The notes below the pieces were generated by a model that made no database searches, was not told the origin of the DNA, and saw only the letters and a list, made by a program, of their open reading frames with translations. A stretch of DNA of 64,000 nt from positions 108,996,001 through 109,060,000 of the forward strand of contig OZ024744.1 in NCBI GenBank assembly GCA_964016885.1, written 5' to 3'. The translations under genes and the position numbers were made by a program. Each line of letters begins with the position of its first letter. Position 1 is the first letter of the stretch. The stretch comes from Eledone cirrhosa (taxonomy: Eukaryota). Below are positions 1 to 12,623 of the stretch, in pieces.

Positions 1-1097
1 TGTGTCACTGTCACTTGATAGGATAACATTGTATTCCTGGATATTGTGTCAGTCACTTGATAGGGTAACATTGTATTCCTGGATATTGTGTAACTGTCTC
101 TTGATAGGGTAACATTGTATTCCTGGATATTGTGTAACTGTCACTTGATAGGGTAACATTGTATTCCTGGATATTGTGTAACTGTCACTTGATAGGATAA
201 CATAGTATTCCTGGATATTGTGTAACTGTCTCTTGATAGGATAACATTGTATTCCTGGATATTGTGTAACTGTCACTTGATAGGGTAACATTGTATTCCT
301 GGATATTGTGTAACTGTCACTTGATAGGATAACATAGTATTCCTGGATATTGTGTAACTGTCTCTTGATAGGATAACATTGTATTCCTGGATATTGTGTA
401 ACTGTCTCTTGATAGGATAACATTGTATTCCTGGATATTGTGTAACTGTCACTTGATAGGATAACATTGTATTCCTGGATATTGTGTAACTGTCTCTTGA
501 TAGGATAACATTGTATTCCTGGATATTGTGTAACTGTCACTTGATAGGATAACATAGTATTCCTGGATATTGTGTAACTGTCTCTTGATAGGATAACATT
601 GTATTCCTGGATATTGTGTAACTGTCACTTGATAGGATAACATTGTATTCCTGGATATTGTGTAACTGTCTCTTGATAGGATAACATTGTATTCCTGGAT
701 ATTGTGTAACTGTCACTTGATAGGATAACATTGTATTCCTGGATATTGTGTAACTGTCTCTTGATAGGGTAACATTGTATTCCTGGATATTGTGTAACTG
801 TCACTTGATAGGGTAACATTGTATTCCTGGATATTGTGTAACTGTCTCTTGATAGGATAACATAGTATTCCTGGATATTGTGTAACTGTCTCTTGATAGG
901 ATAACATTGTATTCCTGGATATTGTGTAACTGTCACTTGATAGGATAACATAGTATTCCTGGATATTGTGTAACTGTCACTTGATAGGATAACATTGTAT
1001 TCCTGGATATTGTGTAACTGTCACTTGATAGGATAACATAGTATTCCTGGATATTGTGTAACTGTCACTTGATAGGATAACATAGTATTCCTGGATA
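1..1097. repeat. 44-bp tandem satellite, about 25 copies, running off the left edge of the window
   Basis: Unit TTGATAGGATAACATTGTATTCCTGGATATTGTGTAACTGTC(AC/TC) repeats with a few recurrent variants. The overlapping repetitive ORFs come from the periodicity. Confidence 0.97.
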
Positions 1098-1257
1098 TGC
1101 AGTATTTCCATATTATATATACACACATATATACACACATATATATAATTATCTTACTGTACTATATCTATACAAGTCTGTATCCAATAATGTTTGTAAC
1201 CAGTGTAATGTTGTTTTGCAACAATTACCATTAAAATATATATATATATATATGACA

Positions 1258-1533
1258 TGGAGGCACATGGCTTAGTGGTTAGAGCATTGGCCTTGCAATC
1301 GAAAGGTTGTGAGTTCAATTCTCAGACCGGGTGATGTGTTGTTTCCTTGAGCAAGACACTTTATTTCACGTTGCTCCAGTTTACTCAGCTGTAGAAATGA
1401 GATGATAGGGATTGGGGTCATTCCACTGCAATGTGGTTGTGGAGGTGTCATGGCAAAAAAAGCACCCAGCACTCACTGTAAATGAGGTTGGTCTTAGGAA
1501 GGGCATCCAGCTGTAGAAATCAAGCCGGAATCA
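1258..1533 (+). mobile_element. tRNA-derived CORE-type SINE (family A) with RTE-like 3' tail
   Basis: A box TGGCTTAGTGG, B box GAGTTCAATTC, CORE-like CCTTGAGCAAGACACTTTA...CTCCAGTTTACTCAGCTGTAGAAATG, tail CCCACCCTTGCAAGCAGGG...(GAT)n. Multiple copies in the window. Confidence 0.9.
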
Positions 1534-2054
1534 GTTCCCGTCCCACCCTTGCAAGCAGGGAAATAGCGGGCGTAAAATGAAATGATGATGATGACCATTA
1601 TCAGTTATACATATTTTGTGTTACTGGTAGTGATGGTGGTGGCTGGCTGTTGTTGTTGATGGTTGTGGTGGTGGTAATGGAGATGATGATAATGATGTTG
1701 GTGATGGTGAAGATGGCAATGACAAGAACATTGACATTCTCCAATATTTGAAGTAGTTGCCACCATGAAGTATTTTTCCAAGGATCCAACCATGAGCTAG
1801 TCCTGTTATTTTCTTGATGAGATAACCCTATAACACCTACCCTTAATACCTCTTGCAGCTTCCTAAAATATAAAATATTTCACTCTTATCGGAAGAAAGT
1901 AATAAAATTGAGAGCTTCAATGTTCTCTAAAGATTCTTTACATTTAAATAACATTATCGCATGTTAGAAATTTGGTCTGGTAGTTGTAGAATTATTGACA
2001 TTTAATAAGAAATATATATCCTCGTATCTATCAATATCTATCTATATATGATAG

Positions 2055-2375
2055 TGGAGGCACATGGCTTAGTGGTTAGAACATTGGCCTTGCAATCGAA
2101 AGGTGGTGAGTTCAATTCTCAGACCGGATGATGTGTTGTTTCCTTGAGCAAGACACTTTATTTCACATTGCTCCAGTTTACTCAGCTGTAGAAATGAGAT
2201 GATAGGGACTGGGGTCCCTATCATTCCACGGCAAAAAAAGCACCCAGCACTCACTGTAAATGAGGTTGGTGTTAGGAAGGGCATCCAGCTGTAGAAATCA
2301 AGCCAGAATCAGTTCCCGTCCCACCCTTGCAAGCAGGGAAAAGCGGACGTAAAATGATGATGATAATGATGATGA
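2055..2375 (+). mobile_element. SINE family A copy
   Basis: Near-identical to 1258-1533 from head to (GAT)n tail. Confidence 0.9.
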
Positions 2376-2528
2376 TATATGCACACACATACATACATGT
2401 AGTGTATATTCATATATGTAACATATATATATTATATATACATGTTATATATTTATAATATATATATATCATCATCATTTAACGTCCATCTTCCTCGCAA
2501 GTTTGGTTGGGTGACCGTGTCTCACTTG

Positions 2529-2589
<61 letters not shown>

Positions 2590-2611
2590 TCTCACATCCG
2601 TTTTAAATACA

Positions 2612-2686
2612 ATTTCGTTCTGACGAATGATTTCAGACGTCTGTGCCAAGCTTGTTTGTCTTCGTGAAACCTTTGGTAAATGAAAT
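2612..2686 (+). ncRNA. Type I hammerhead ribozyme motif
   Basis: Stem I ATTTCGTT/AATGAAAT, core CTGACGA (2620-2626), stem II closed by ATGA/TCGT, GAAAC (2666-2670), stem III ACC-TTT-GGT, cleavage triplet GTA (2676-2678). Confidence 0.8.
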
Positions 2687-2716
2687 AATTGTCTTATGTT
2701 GTTTATTACATAACTT

Positions 2717-2750
<34 letters not shown>

Positions 2751-2754
2751 CATA

Positions 2755-2789
<35 letters not shown>

Positions 2790-2914
2790 TATTGTTATAC
2801 TTTGGGAGGGTCATGCTGCCAACAAATTCAAAAATGATATATATGTATAATCACACACACACACACATGCACACATGTATATATATATATATATATATAC
2901 ATACACATATTTCT

Positions 2915-2947
<33 letters not shown>

Positions 2948-3329
2948 CAGTATATATAGAGAGAAATACACAGAGGTATGTGTTCAATTATAGGGGATAG
3001 AAAACCACCAGTGAAAACCATATTGTCTACAAAAGGAATGAAGGATACAGATCAATTAAAAGAATTAAAATGTAGAAGCCATTCGTTTATGACTATAACA
3101 CCTGGACACGCGTTCTAGAGCATGGTTTGCCACAGATAAAGTGTAGATTCATACTGTTGATGGACCAACAGTAGGATGCACACTTCTAAAAATATATCAG
3201 ATAACTAGTATAACACTTAGTGGAAAGAGAAACATGCGTGCTATATAGCCCATGGTGGTGTGAATGGACCAAATGACCGCTAAAAGCAGCAGCCGAGAAC
3301 CATTCAACTTAAGAAGCTCTGCTTACATC

Positions 3330-3990
3330 ATCCTCATCGTCATCAGCGTTTTACGTCTGGCATGGGTTAGACAGGTTGTTCTGTTGTGGGCAATGCCAGG
3401 TCGGGTGACCATGTTTTGCTCATACGGGAACTGATTTTAGCTTTCATTTCTACAGCTGGGTGCCCTTCCTAACACCAACCCCATTTACAGTGAGTGCTGG
3501 GTGCTTTTTTTCTGTGGCGCCTACATGACTACTTTACAGTATGGGCTGGGTGCTCTGTGTCGTGACAACTCCACAACCACTTTGGGAGGGTGTGGGAGCA
3601 TATTGTCTATATGCTTCAGTTTCATCTTGTACAGAACTCAGATCTTCTCTATTACTGCGTAACGCCAGAGGTCTCGGTCGTGTGTCATCACCTTCGAGAG
3701 GTGCAATTCGGCAAGGTCTGCTTTTATCACCTCGTTCCAGGTCTTCTTGGGTCTCCCCCACTCCATGGCTTCCATCAACTTTTAGTACTCTCCACCTTTT
3801 TTTTTATGCAGCTGTCATCCTTCATATGCATCACATGTCCATACCAGCACAACCTCCTCTCCTCCACACAGCATTTGATTCCTCTTATGCCTAGTCTCTC
3901 TCACAATTGGTTTATGCTTTGCCGTTCACGTATATTACTATTACACATCCATCGGAGCATGCAGGCTTCATTTCTTTCTAATCTACACAC
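3330..3990 (-). mobile_element. RTE LINE 3' fragment joined to a SINE-A-like 3' segment
   Basis: 3745-3990 is homologous to the RTE ORF2 end at 51738-52577. 3330-3660 carries the SINE-type internal repeat, GGTGTTAGGAAGGGCA and a (GAT)n-like tail, and matches 62330-62710. Confidence 0.75.
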
Positions 3991-4009
3991 ATAAAGAAAT
4001 GAATGAATC

Positions 4010-4735
4010 GGGATTCTATCTCTATTCCTACTCACTAACACTTTAGTTTTGGCTAAGCTTACTCTGACCTTTTGATTCCAAATTTTGTTTCCATAGATGG
4101 AACTTATTTTCAGTTCCTACTACATGATTTCAATTTAGCAGCATTTATCCAAACCCAAATACTAGGGCATCTGTATAGAGTCTTCAGAACAACAAGAAGC
4201 TGTCCATCAATCCCATACTCCTGCAGAACCTTCCACAGCAGGTCCCATGGAATGAGGTCTATGAAGCAAGCAAGCATACACCTCTTGCTAATATTCCCAT
4301 GAGTTCTCAAAGACCTGCCACAGTGTGACTATTTGGTCAGTTGTGCTGCATCTGGGGTGAACAACAAGAAGCTGTCCATCAATCCCATACTCCTGCAGAA
4401 CCTTCCACAGCAGGTCTCATGGAATGAGGTCTATGAAGCAAGCAAGCATACACCTCTTGCTAATATTCCCATGAGTTCTCAAAGACCTGCCACAGTGTGA
4501 CTATTTGCTCAGTTGTGCTGCATCTGGGGTGAAAACCACACTGTTCATCAGCTAGCTTGGACTCAACAACAACCCATTTCTTTGCTAGACAGTTAGCATA
4601 GACTTTACCAAGGAGGCTTAATAAAGAGATCCCTCTATAATTGGAGCAATCTTTCTTGTCTCCCTTTTTGAAAATTAGGATTATCACTCCCAATTGCCAT
4701 TGCTTAGGTGCCATTTCAGAGATCCAGATCACCCG
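4010..4735 (-). pseudogene. Degenerate RTE-type reverse transcriptase fragment with an internal 172-bp tandem duplication
   Basis: Translation IFKKGDKKDCSNYRGISLLSLLGKVY...EQCGFHPRCST gives non-LTR RT domains 0-2. Segment 4187-4358 is repeated at 4359-4530. Confidence 0.85.
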
Positions 4736-5656
4736 TTGTGACCAGGTTTAGGAGATCAGCCAAATATTTTCTCCACTTTGCGAGGATGTGCCTCTCTGAA
4801 GAGAGGAGTACCCTAGATGCATTCCTGGTAGTAAGTAAGGAAGACTTCTTATTATAAAGTAAGTGGATGGTCTACAAGAAGACTCTCTGATCTGAAGTCA
4901 GATTACAGCTTAACTCCAAAGTCTTTCTTCAGTGAACACGTTGAAACTTATTCCTTTTGATGTACCACTCACATTGAATTTGAGATTTCATTGATTAAAT
5001 AAAACTATTTAAAAAAATAGTAATTTATTTTGAAATATGAAAAAATTAAATGAATTTGTCACCAAGTGTTCAATTTGAAGATCAATAATGAAAATATTGA
5101 ACTAAAATATTGAACAAATACTGTAAACATTTCCTTCTGTAATTTGTCCATGTAATGTCCCTTTTCTTGTTGCCCTTGTGGCGGTGGTGGTGGAGGAGGT
5201 GTTGGTGTTACAGTAGTTGTTGTTGTTGTTGGCTGTGGTGGTGGTGGTGGTGGTGGAGGAGGTGGTGTTACAGTACTTGTTGTTGCTGTTAATGTTGTTG
5301 TTGGCAAATGCAGAAATTGTTGTTGGTGTTATATTGTTTTGTTGATCAAGATTTGAGAAACACATCAAGAGTTTCCTATCAATGAAATGCAATCAAGGTT
5401 GGCAAAATGTTGAAGATTATCATCAAATACTGTGTGAGAATGTCCTAATAATATTTCTAGATCACAGTATTGTTATTTTCTAGAATGTGCCTCTGTCCAT
5501 TCTTAGAGGTACCAACCTGTTTATATATCTTTTCAGAAATAGTTATAAATCACTCCAGTTGTGTCAGTTACAAATGGAATGATAGTCATATTCTCTAACT
5601 GCTATAATTATCTTTAGTTAACAACATTGAGAGACACATCTATTATTATCTTCTAG

Positions 5657-5964
5657 CAGGGGTTCTCAACCTTTTTTTCGCTGTGGACCACCAAAATAAG
5701 TAATTTTTTCTGTTGACCACCTAAACTTTAAAATCTTTTGTAATAGAACTGTTAGAGACATTCTAACCACATGCCCATAGTATCAGAGCTGTGAACTCGA
5801 AATTTTCAAATATAATGGACATGTGTGTAATTAAACAAAATATTATATTAGTTACATTTTTGTGAAATGGCTACAATTTTTTTATGGCTACGAATTCTCT
5901 GTGGACCACTAGAAATGCTATGTGGACCACCGGTGGTCCACCTGGACCACGTTGAGAATCACTG
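5657..5964. mobile_element. hAT (Charlie-like) MITE
   Basis: TIRs CAGGGGTTCTCAAC / GTTGAGAATCACTG, flanked on both sides by TTCTAG (TCTAGA-type Charlie target). Confidence 0.8.
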
Positions 5965-6977
5965 TTCTAGAACATACAGCTTTATAGGTAATGTCTCGAT
6001 ATCTTTACATAAATGGCTGTGAAAATGTCGTCATAGATATATTCCTCAACTGTCATTATTATAGAATTATTATAGTTATTAATTCAATAACTAGCAACAT
6101 TTACCTCCATAGAATTACTATTTTCTATATATACATATGTCCATCTTTACAGGTAATATCTCAGCTTTACAGAAATAGTTATGTAGCATTTCAGATGTAC
6201 AGATGAGGTTATAAACATATTCCCCTAACATTAATTTAGTAACTGGCGGCATTATAGAAATTAATTTGTTAGCAAACATTATATTTACCACCATAGTTTT
6301 ACCATTTTCTAGATCATACATATGTCTATCTTTATAGGTATATCTCAATAGCTTTACAGAAATGGTTGTGTACTATTCCAGATGTACAAATTATAAATTG
6401 AATGATAGATACATTTCTTAATTTGCTATAATGTTTTTAGTTCAACAGCTAGGTTGGTGTAGTTCCTTAGATTACAGCTCATTTCTGCATGGTATTATTG
6501 TTATTTGATATTGTTACATGGATAATTTCTATGCCATTGTCATTTTTGTCAAGGTCAATGATATTTTGTTTTAATATGTTATCATGCGGTCTGTCTCTAT
6601 ACTACCACAGTATTTTCACACTGTCATTTTCTAAGGCAGGTGGAGGTTCATTTGAGTGCCTGAGAGATTTTTTGTTGTTTTTTAATTATCTTGAAATGAC
6701 TGAAATTCAGTATAGAACATCTTTGATATATTACTGTGTGTATTTGGTTCAGAACAGGTACACTGTCTGAAGAGGTGACTAAAAGAATTGATGTTAGGAA
6801 GGGCATCTGTCTGTAAAACATTGCCTCAAAAAGGACCCTATAATGGTTGCAAAGCCTGGTATGTAGCCTGCAAAGTGAACTCCTGGTTTTAACAGGAAAA
6901 ATGACCTTAAAAGACTTGTGTGTATGTGTGTGTGTGTGCGCGCGCATGTGTGTGTATGAAAAGATTCAGGATATACT

Positions 6978-7062
6978 GGGCATTCAGCTGTAGAAATCAA
7001 GCCAGAATCAGTTCCCATCCCACCCTTGCAAGCAGGGAAAAGCGGACGTAAAATGATGATGA
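6978..7062 (+). mobile_element. SINE family A 3' fragment
   Basis: GGGCATTCAGCTGTAGAAATCAAGCCAGAATCAGTTCCC...GGACGTAAAATGATGATG. Confidence 0.85.
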
Positions 7063-7126
7063 TATATACTCTTTTACTTGTTAACCTGTTCCAGCCGACT
7101 GGCTGAGACCATGTTGGAGCCCCACC

Positions 7127-7201
<75 letters not shown>

Positions 7202-7479
7202 TCATCATCATCATCATCATATGTCCCCTTTTCCCTGCTTATATATATATATTGTGTATCCATGTTGGCCATAAGAGTTGACTAAAAGGGCGACTGTACT
7301 ATATGATTGGGTCCACAAGGCTAAACTTCAGCTTTTGCAGGGACAATAGCCTTAAAATAGTTGTTGTGTTGTCAAATATATTCCATGTGAATTTGTGTAG
7401 AGTTTCCTCATACATTGTGTTATATTTCTCCACACATGCAATACATGTCGCATGTGTGTGTGTACATGTGTATGTACGC

Positions 7480-7541
<62 letters not shown>

Positions 7542-7904
7542 ATATATCTATGTGTATATATGTTTGAAAGTATGAATATATATTCTGGTTTTATTTTGTT
7601 TAAATTTCTCACCACAAAGGAAAAAAAAGCTTGTTTTTTACCCAATTTCAAAGAAAGAAAGAAAGAACCAAACCAGACTCTTTCATTGGAATTTAGATAT
7701 CTAGGTACTGCTACATATATAGCCTTACCTAGATATCTAACTTGGTATAAGGTTCAATACAAAATGACTCGAAGAGGTAAAAATGTATCTTGTATTTTTA
7801 AAAATTAATTCTGATGAATTCAATCATTTGTTCATATAATTAATCATTAGTTAATTATGTTTTATGATCTGAAAGAAACAGGCGTTAATTAGAATATAAT
7901 ATAA

Positions 7905-8127
7905 TAAACCCTTTAGTAAACCAGTCACATTTGGCCAGAATTCTCTCACCTCTTCCTGTTCAAACCAACTGTACCAGCTGCTCATACTGATGTTAAGGTG
8001 TTGTTCTCAACATAAATAATATCAAAATATCATAGATTCGATATTATATGAGATAATTATGTGAGGTAAAAAGTTTACCATGAAAATATAAAGTATATGT
8101 AGAGTATTGTAAATGGTAAAGGGTTAA
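7905..8127. mobile_element. piggyBac-like MITE, about 220 bp
   Basis: Ends TAAACCCTTTAG...AATGGTAAAGGGTTAA (TTAA-CCCT type termini). Reverse-complement homologue at 31242-31765. Confidence 0.7.
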
Positions 8128-8147
8128 GTCTTTGGACTTCTTCCCAT

Positions 8148-8205
<58 letters not shown>

Positions 8206-8393
8206 GACATACACATACACATATATATATATATAGAGAGAGAAAAGAAATAAGATTTTGCTTCAAGCATAGCTTTATACAAAAATGTATAGAAATTTCG
8301 TATTTTTAAAGAAACACGGTTTTAGGAAGCCGTAGTTATGCAAACAACGGGGGCTAATGCCCTCTGGTGGTGTTCAGCAGAAGCCAAGGGGAC

Positions 8394-8439
8394 GACCGTC
8401 TATGTATTTCTGGCTTGACTGGCCTTCTTCAGGACAGTC
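8394..8439 (-). ncRNA. Type I hammerhead ribozyme motif
   Basis: Minus strand GACTGTC CTGAAGA AGGC-CAGTCAA-GCCA GAAA TACA TA GACGGTC. 7-bp stem I, intact core, GGC/GCC stem II with an A-A mismatch at its base, minimal stem III, ATA triplet. Confidence 0.72.
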
Positions 8440-8487
8440 CCTCCCACCCCTTGCTACTATATATATATATATATATATATAGATATG

Positions 8488-10695
8488 TCATCATCATCAT
8501 CATTTTATGTCCGCTCTTCCCTGCTTGCAAGGGTGGGACGGGTCTTATTCAGCACAGCATCTCCCCACTTCTCACGGTCCTTCGTCATCTCCACCGTGAG
8601 CTTCAGCGATCTGAGGTCTGTTCTCACCACCTTCGCCCATGTTTTTCGTGGTCTACTTCTACCTCGTCTTCCTTCAACTGGCATTTCCTGGCACTTCTTC
8701 ACCCATCGGTCATCCTCCATGCGCATCACATGTCCATACCACCTCAGTCTCCTCTCCCGTACACTACATTCTATCCCTCTCAGACACAGTTTCTCTCTCA
8801 ACACATTTATGCTGGGTCGTTCACGCACATTGACACTGCACATCCAACGGAGCATGCTTGCCTCATTTCTCTCCAGCCGTCGCATATCCTCTGCAGTTGC
8901 TGCCCATGTCTCACTACCATACAACATCGCGCTCCTCACACAGGCATCATATAACCGGTCTTTCGTACGCAGGGAGAAACCCTTCTTCGTCAGCAGAGGA
9001 AGCAGCTCCGTAAACTTCTTCCAACCCGTCCTTATTCTAGATACTCTGGCCTCGAAACCCCCCCCTCCCATGCTAATCTGATCTCCTAGGTACCAGAAGC
9101 TATCCACCACTTCTATAGCACCCGCCTGCATTTGAAAAATGTGTCTATCAATGTGACTTCTACTGTCTAATTTCCCTGTACATCTACTGCATACATATTT
9201 CTCCCTACCTGTTAGTTTACCTGCTATCCTGCTACATCTCTTGTGTACCCAAGATCTGCATTGTGTGTATTTTATAGAATTTATGCCAGTTCCTTTTCTG
9301 CATATCGAACATGGCCATTTCCCTGACGGAATCAGTTTTGTCCTCTTTTCTACTCATCAACACTTTTGTCTTAGTTAGGTTCACTCTCAGTCCCCTTGCT
9401 TCCAACTGCTGTTTCCATAGCCAGAATTTATTCTCTAGCTCCTCTACTGATTCTGCTACAAGAACCAGATCGTCAGCAGCATAGAGAAGTTCCCATGAAC
9501 AGCCAGTCTTAAACTCCTCTGTTATGGCTTGGAGGACTATAATGAACAAGAGCAGGCTGAGGACCGAACCTTGATGTACTCCTACTTGTATCTGGAATTC
9601 TTCACTAAACTCCATTCCTACCCTGACTTTACTGACAGTACTTCTGTACAAAGTTTGCACTGTCCTCACAAGCCATTCTTCAACACCTAGTTTTCTTAGG
9701 AACCACCAGACGACAGATCGGGGTACCCTATCAAAGGCCTTCTCTAGGTCAACAAAGGCTTATTTTTCTCTAAGAACCTCTCTTGTAATTGTCTCACCAA
9801 GAAGAGGGCATCTGTTGTACTCTTGCCAGGCACAAAACCAAACTGCATCTCATCTAGTTTGACCCTTTCTCTAATTAGTTGTGCTAATATCCTTTCTGCC
9901 ACTTTCATAACCTGATCCATCAGTTTTATACCCCTATAATTGCTCCTCTCCAGAACATCCCCTTTACCTTTGTAGCAATTTATGAGAATACTGCGGCACC
10001 AGTCTTTGGGTATGACACCACCATATATAGTCTGATTGATGATGCATGCAACCAGCTTAGTGCCTATGTCCCCTGATGCCTTCAGCATCTCAGCAACTAT
10101 TCCCGATGGTCCAGCAGCCTTACCATTTTTCATTTCCTTAATCATCTCCAACAACATCCTGATTTGCATTGACACACTGCCTTGCAATGTGGAACACCGC
10201 ACACTTCTGATCTTCCCATCGCAGAACATTGGCAAACCTCCTACTCTCAGCCTCCCTGCGTGCTAAGTACACCTGATGTCTAGCTTCTCTCTTAGCGGTT
10301 GTATATTCTTCCCTACTCTCACCATTTTTCCAAGCCTCCCATGCTAGTCTTTTGTCTCTAATGGCCTTATCTACTGTGCTGTTCCACCACCAGGTCACTC
10401 TCTCTCTGGTTGGAGCTCTGCTCCAGCCACAAGTTTCATCAGTAGCCTGCAGTCAGTTGTCACGTAAGAAATTCCAGTTATTATCTACGTCATACGTCTC
10501 TAAATCGTCTTCTTTTTCGTCATACATATGTTGAAGTGTATGCCTTGGTATTAGACACTATCTGCCTGTCCCGCTGCCTAACTAGTAAGAAGTCAATCTG
10601 GCTTATGTGCTCGCCAGATTTGTAAGTTATTAGGTGGTTGGCAGGTTTCTTGAAGTTTGTGTTGCAAATAGTCAGTGTACTTGCATCACAAAATT
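8488..10695 (-). mobile_element. RTE-clade LINE (endonuclease end, RT, C-terminus), frameshifted and internally deleted
   Basis: ORF pieces: NTNFKKPANHLITYKSGEHISQIDFLL (APE end), GKAAGPSG...YKGKGD...NYRGIKL...QFGFVPGKST, GVHQGSVLS...LYAADDL, LYGSETW...RRLRWYGHVMR...GRSRPRKTW. Ends in a (GAT)n tail at 8488. Confidence 0.93.
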
Positions 10696-10729
10696 CATAT
10701 ATATACATATATAGTCCACACTAAAGTGG

Positions 10730-10982
10730 TCATGTAGGTGTCGCAACAAAAAGCACCCAGTCCACACTGTAAAGTGAACGTGTAGGATACACAGTAAAAA
10801 AAGCTGCCAATCCACACTGTAAATGTGGTTGGTGTTTGGAAGGGCATCCTGCCGTAGAAAACCTGCCAGATACAGTTCTGTATAAACGAGACACAGTCAC
10901 CTGACTCAACTTGCCTTAAGTGGGACAAACCTGTCTAACCCATACTAGTATGGAAGATAGACGTTAAATGATGATGATGATA
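10730..10982 (+). mobile_element. SINE-A-related 3' segment with internal repeats and RTE-type tail
   Basis: AAAGCACCCAGTCCACACTGTAAA units, GGAAGGGCATCC, ...GACGTTAAATGATGATG. Confidence 0.75.
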
Positions 10983-11324
10983 TATAATATTTGTTGGTGA
11001 CACAAGAGAAAATGCACCCAGTCCGTCCTGTAAGGGTGTTGTTTTGTTGACACAAGAGAAACAATGTGCTCAGTCCATCGTGTAAGGTGGTCATGCTGGT
11101 GCAGGACAAAAAACATTCAATCCACCTTATTAGATGGTGATTGGGAGCCAAGATAAGCAGCACCCAGTCCACTCTGTAACATGGTGTAAAGAAGGGCATT
11201 CAGCCATAACCAGATAGCCATAATACAGTTCCTTATGAGCAAAACCTGGTCACTTGTCACCTGACTTGTATCATAACTCTACAACATATCCAAACATTGC
11301 AAGCATGGATAATAGACATTAAAC

Positions 11325-11570
11325 AATGATGATGATGATGATGATGATGATGACAACAGTGATAGTGATGTTGGTGATGGTGACGGTGGTGATGGCGGTG
11401 ATGGTGGTGATGGTGATGATGACAACAACGGTGATGGTGATGGTGATGATGATGATGACGACGATGATGGTTATAGTGATGATGGTGGTGGTGGTGGTGA
11501 TGATGGTGGTGGTGATGACGATGATGATGATGACAATGACAACGACAACGATGTCGTCATCGTCTAAATA

Positions 11571-11625
<55 letters not shown>
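11325..11625. repeat. (GAT/GGT)n and (TA)n microsatellites
   Basis: Direct reading. Confidence 0.95.
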
Positions 11626-11627
<2 letters not shown>

Positions 11628-11717
11628 TTATGTACGTTATTCCGGGTTGAATCGGAGGTAACCACAGTAAGTAAGGTACTCAATACATTGCAGAGTATAA
11701 AAGTTTTAATATAGATG

Positions 11718-11768
11718 AGATTCTACAGGACTAGAACTGTTTCATTCTTTAGAAATCATCAGGAATCT
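11718..11768 (-). ncRNA. Type I hammerhead ribozyme motif
   Basis: Minus strand AGATTC CTGATGA TTTC-TAAA-GAAT GAAAC AG-TTCTAGTC-CT GTA GAATCT. Perfect 6-bp stem I, intact core, stem III ACAG/CTGT, GTA triplet, followed by ATTAAA and a (TA)n tract. Confidence 0.8.
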
Positions 11769-11903
11769 GGGTAACAAAAAATAAATATGGTATTTATTAG
11801 GTTTCTTCAGGGGGTAGGAGAGAGTGGGATGGGTAGAGGTCATTGGTTGATAGAAAAGGGAATTCATTAAAAGCTAATCCTTTAAAGCTATAATTTATAT
11901 TTA

Positions 11904-11953
<50 letters not shown>

Positions 11954-12153
11954 TTGTGTGTGTGTGTGTGTGTGAGTGTGTGTGGAAATTGAATGGAATT
12001 AGTAAGTTTCACTTGTAATTGCAGGATATTTTACATATAATTTAATTTTGTTTGCCAAACAACTAGTTAGGGCATTATTTACTGGCAACCCTCTCTCGAG
12101 ACAGATAGATAGATAGGTAGAAACATAGATGGGTATATATATATATATATAAC

Positions 12154-12592
12154 ATCATCATCGTCATCATCATCATTTTACGTCCGCTTTTCCCTGCTTG
12201 CAAGGGTGGGACGGGAACTGATTCTGGCTTGATTTCTACAGTTGGATGCCATTCCTAACACCAACCTCATTCACAGTGAGTGCTGGGTGCTTTTTTGCCG
12301 TGGCACCTCCACGTCCACTTTACAGTGAGTGCTGGGTGCTTTTTTGCCGTGGCACCTAGACGTCCACTTTACAGTGTGGGCTGGGTGCTTTTTTGCCGTG
12401 GCACCTCCACAACCACTTTACAGTGGAATGATAGGGACCCCAGTCCTATCATCTCATTTCTACAGCTGAGTAAACTGGAGCAATGTGAAATAAAGTGTCT
12501 TGCTCAAGTAAACAACACATCACCCGGTCTGAGAATTGAACTCACAACCTTTTGATTGCAAGGCTAATGCTCTAACCACTAAGCCATGTGCC
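12154..12592 (-). mobile_element. SINE family A, full length, with three internal ~48-bp repeat units
   Basis: Reverse complement of 2055-2375 with the GCTGGGTGCTTTTTTGCCGTGGCACC...CACTTTACAGTG unit triplicated. Confidence 0.9.

Positions 12593-12623
<31 letters not shown>

Noticed and set aside
1-1097. Repetitive ORFs of 64-168 aa in the 44-bp array
   Set aside because: They result from a 44-bp period cycling through frames, with no unique coding context.
1258-1335. tRNA gene
   Set aside because: A and B boxes are present, but the sequence runs into SINE body and tail and recurs as such. It is a SINE head.
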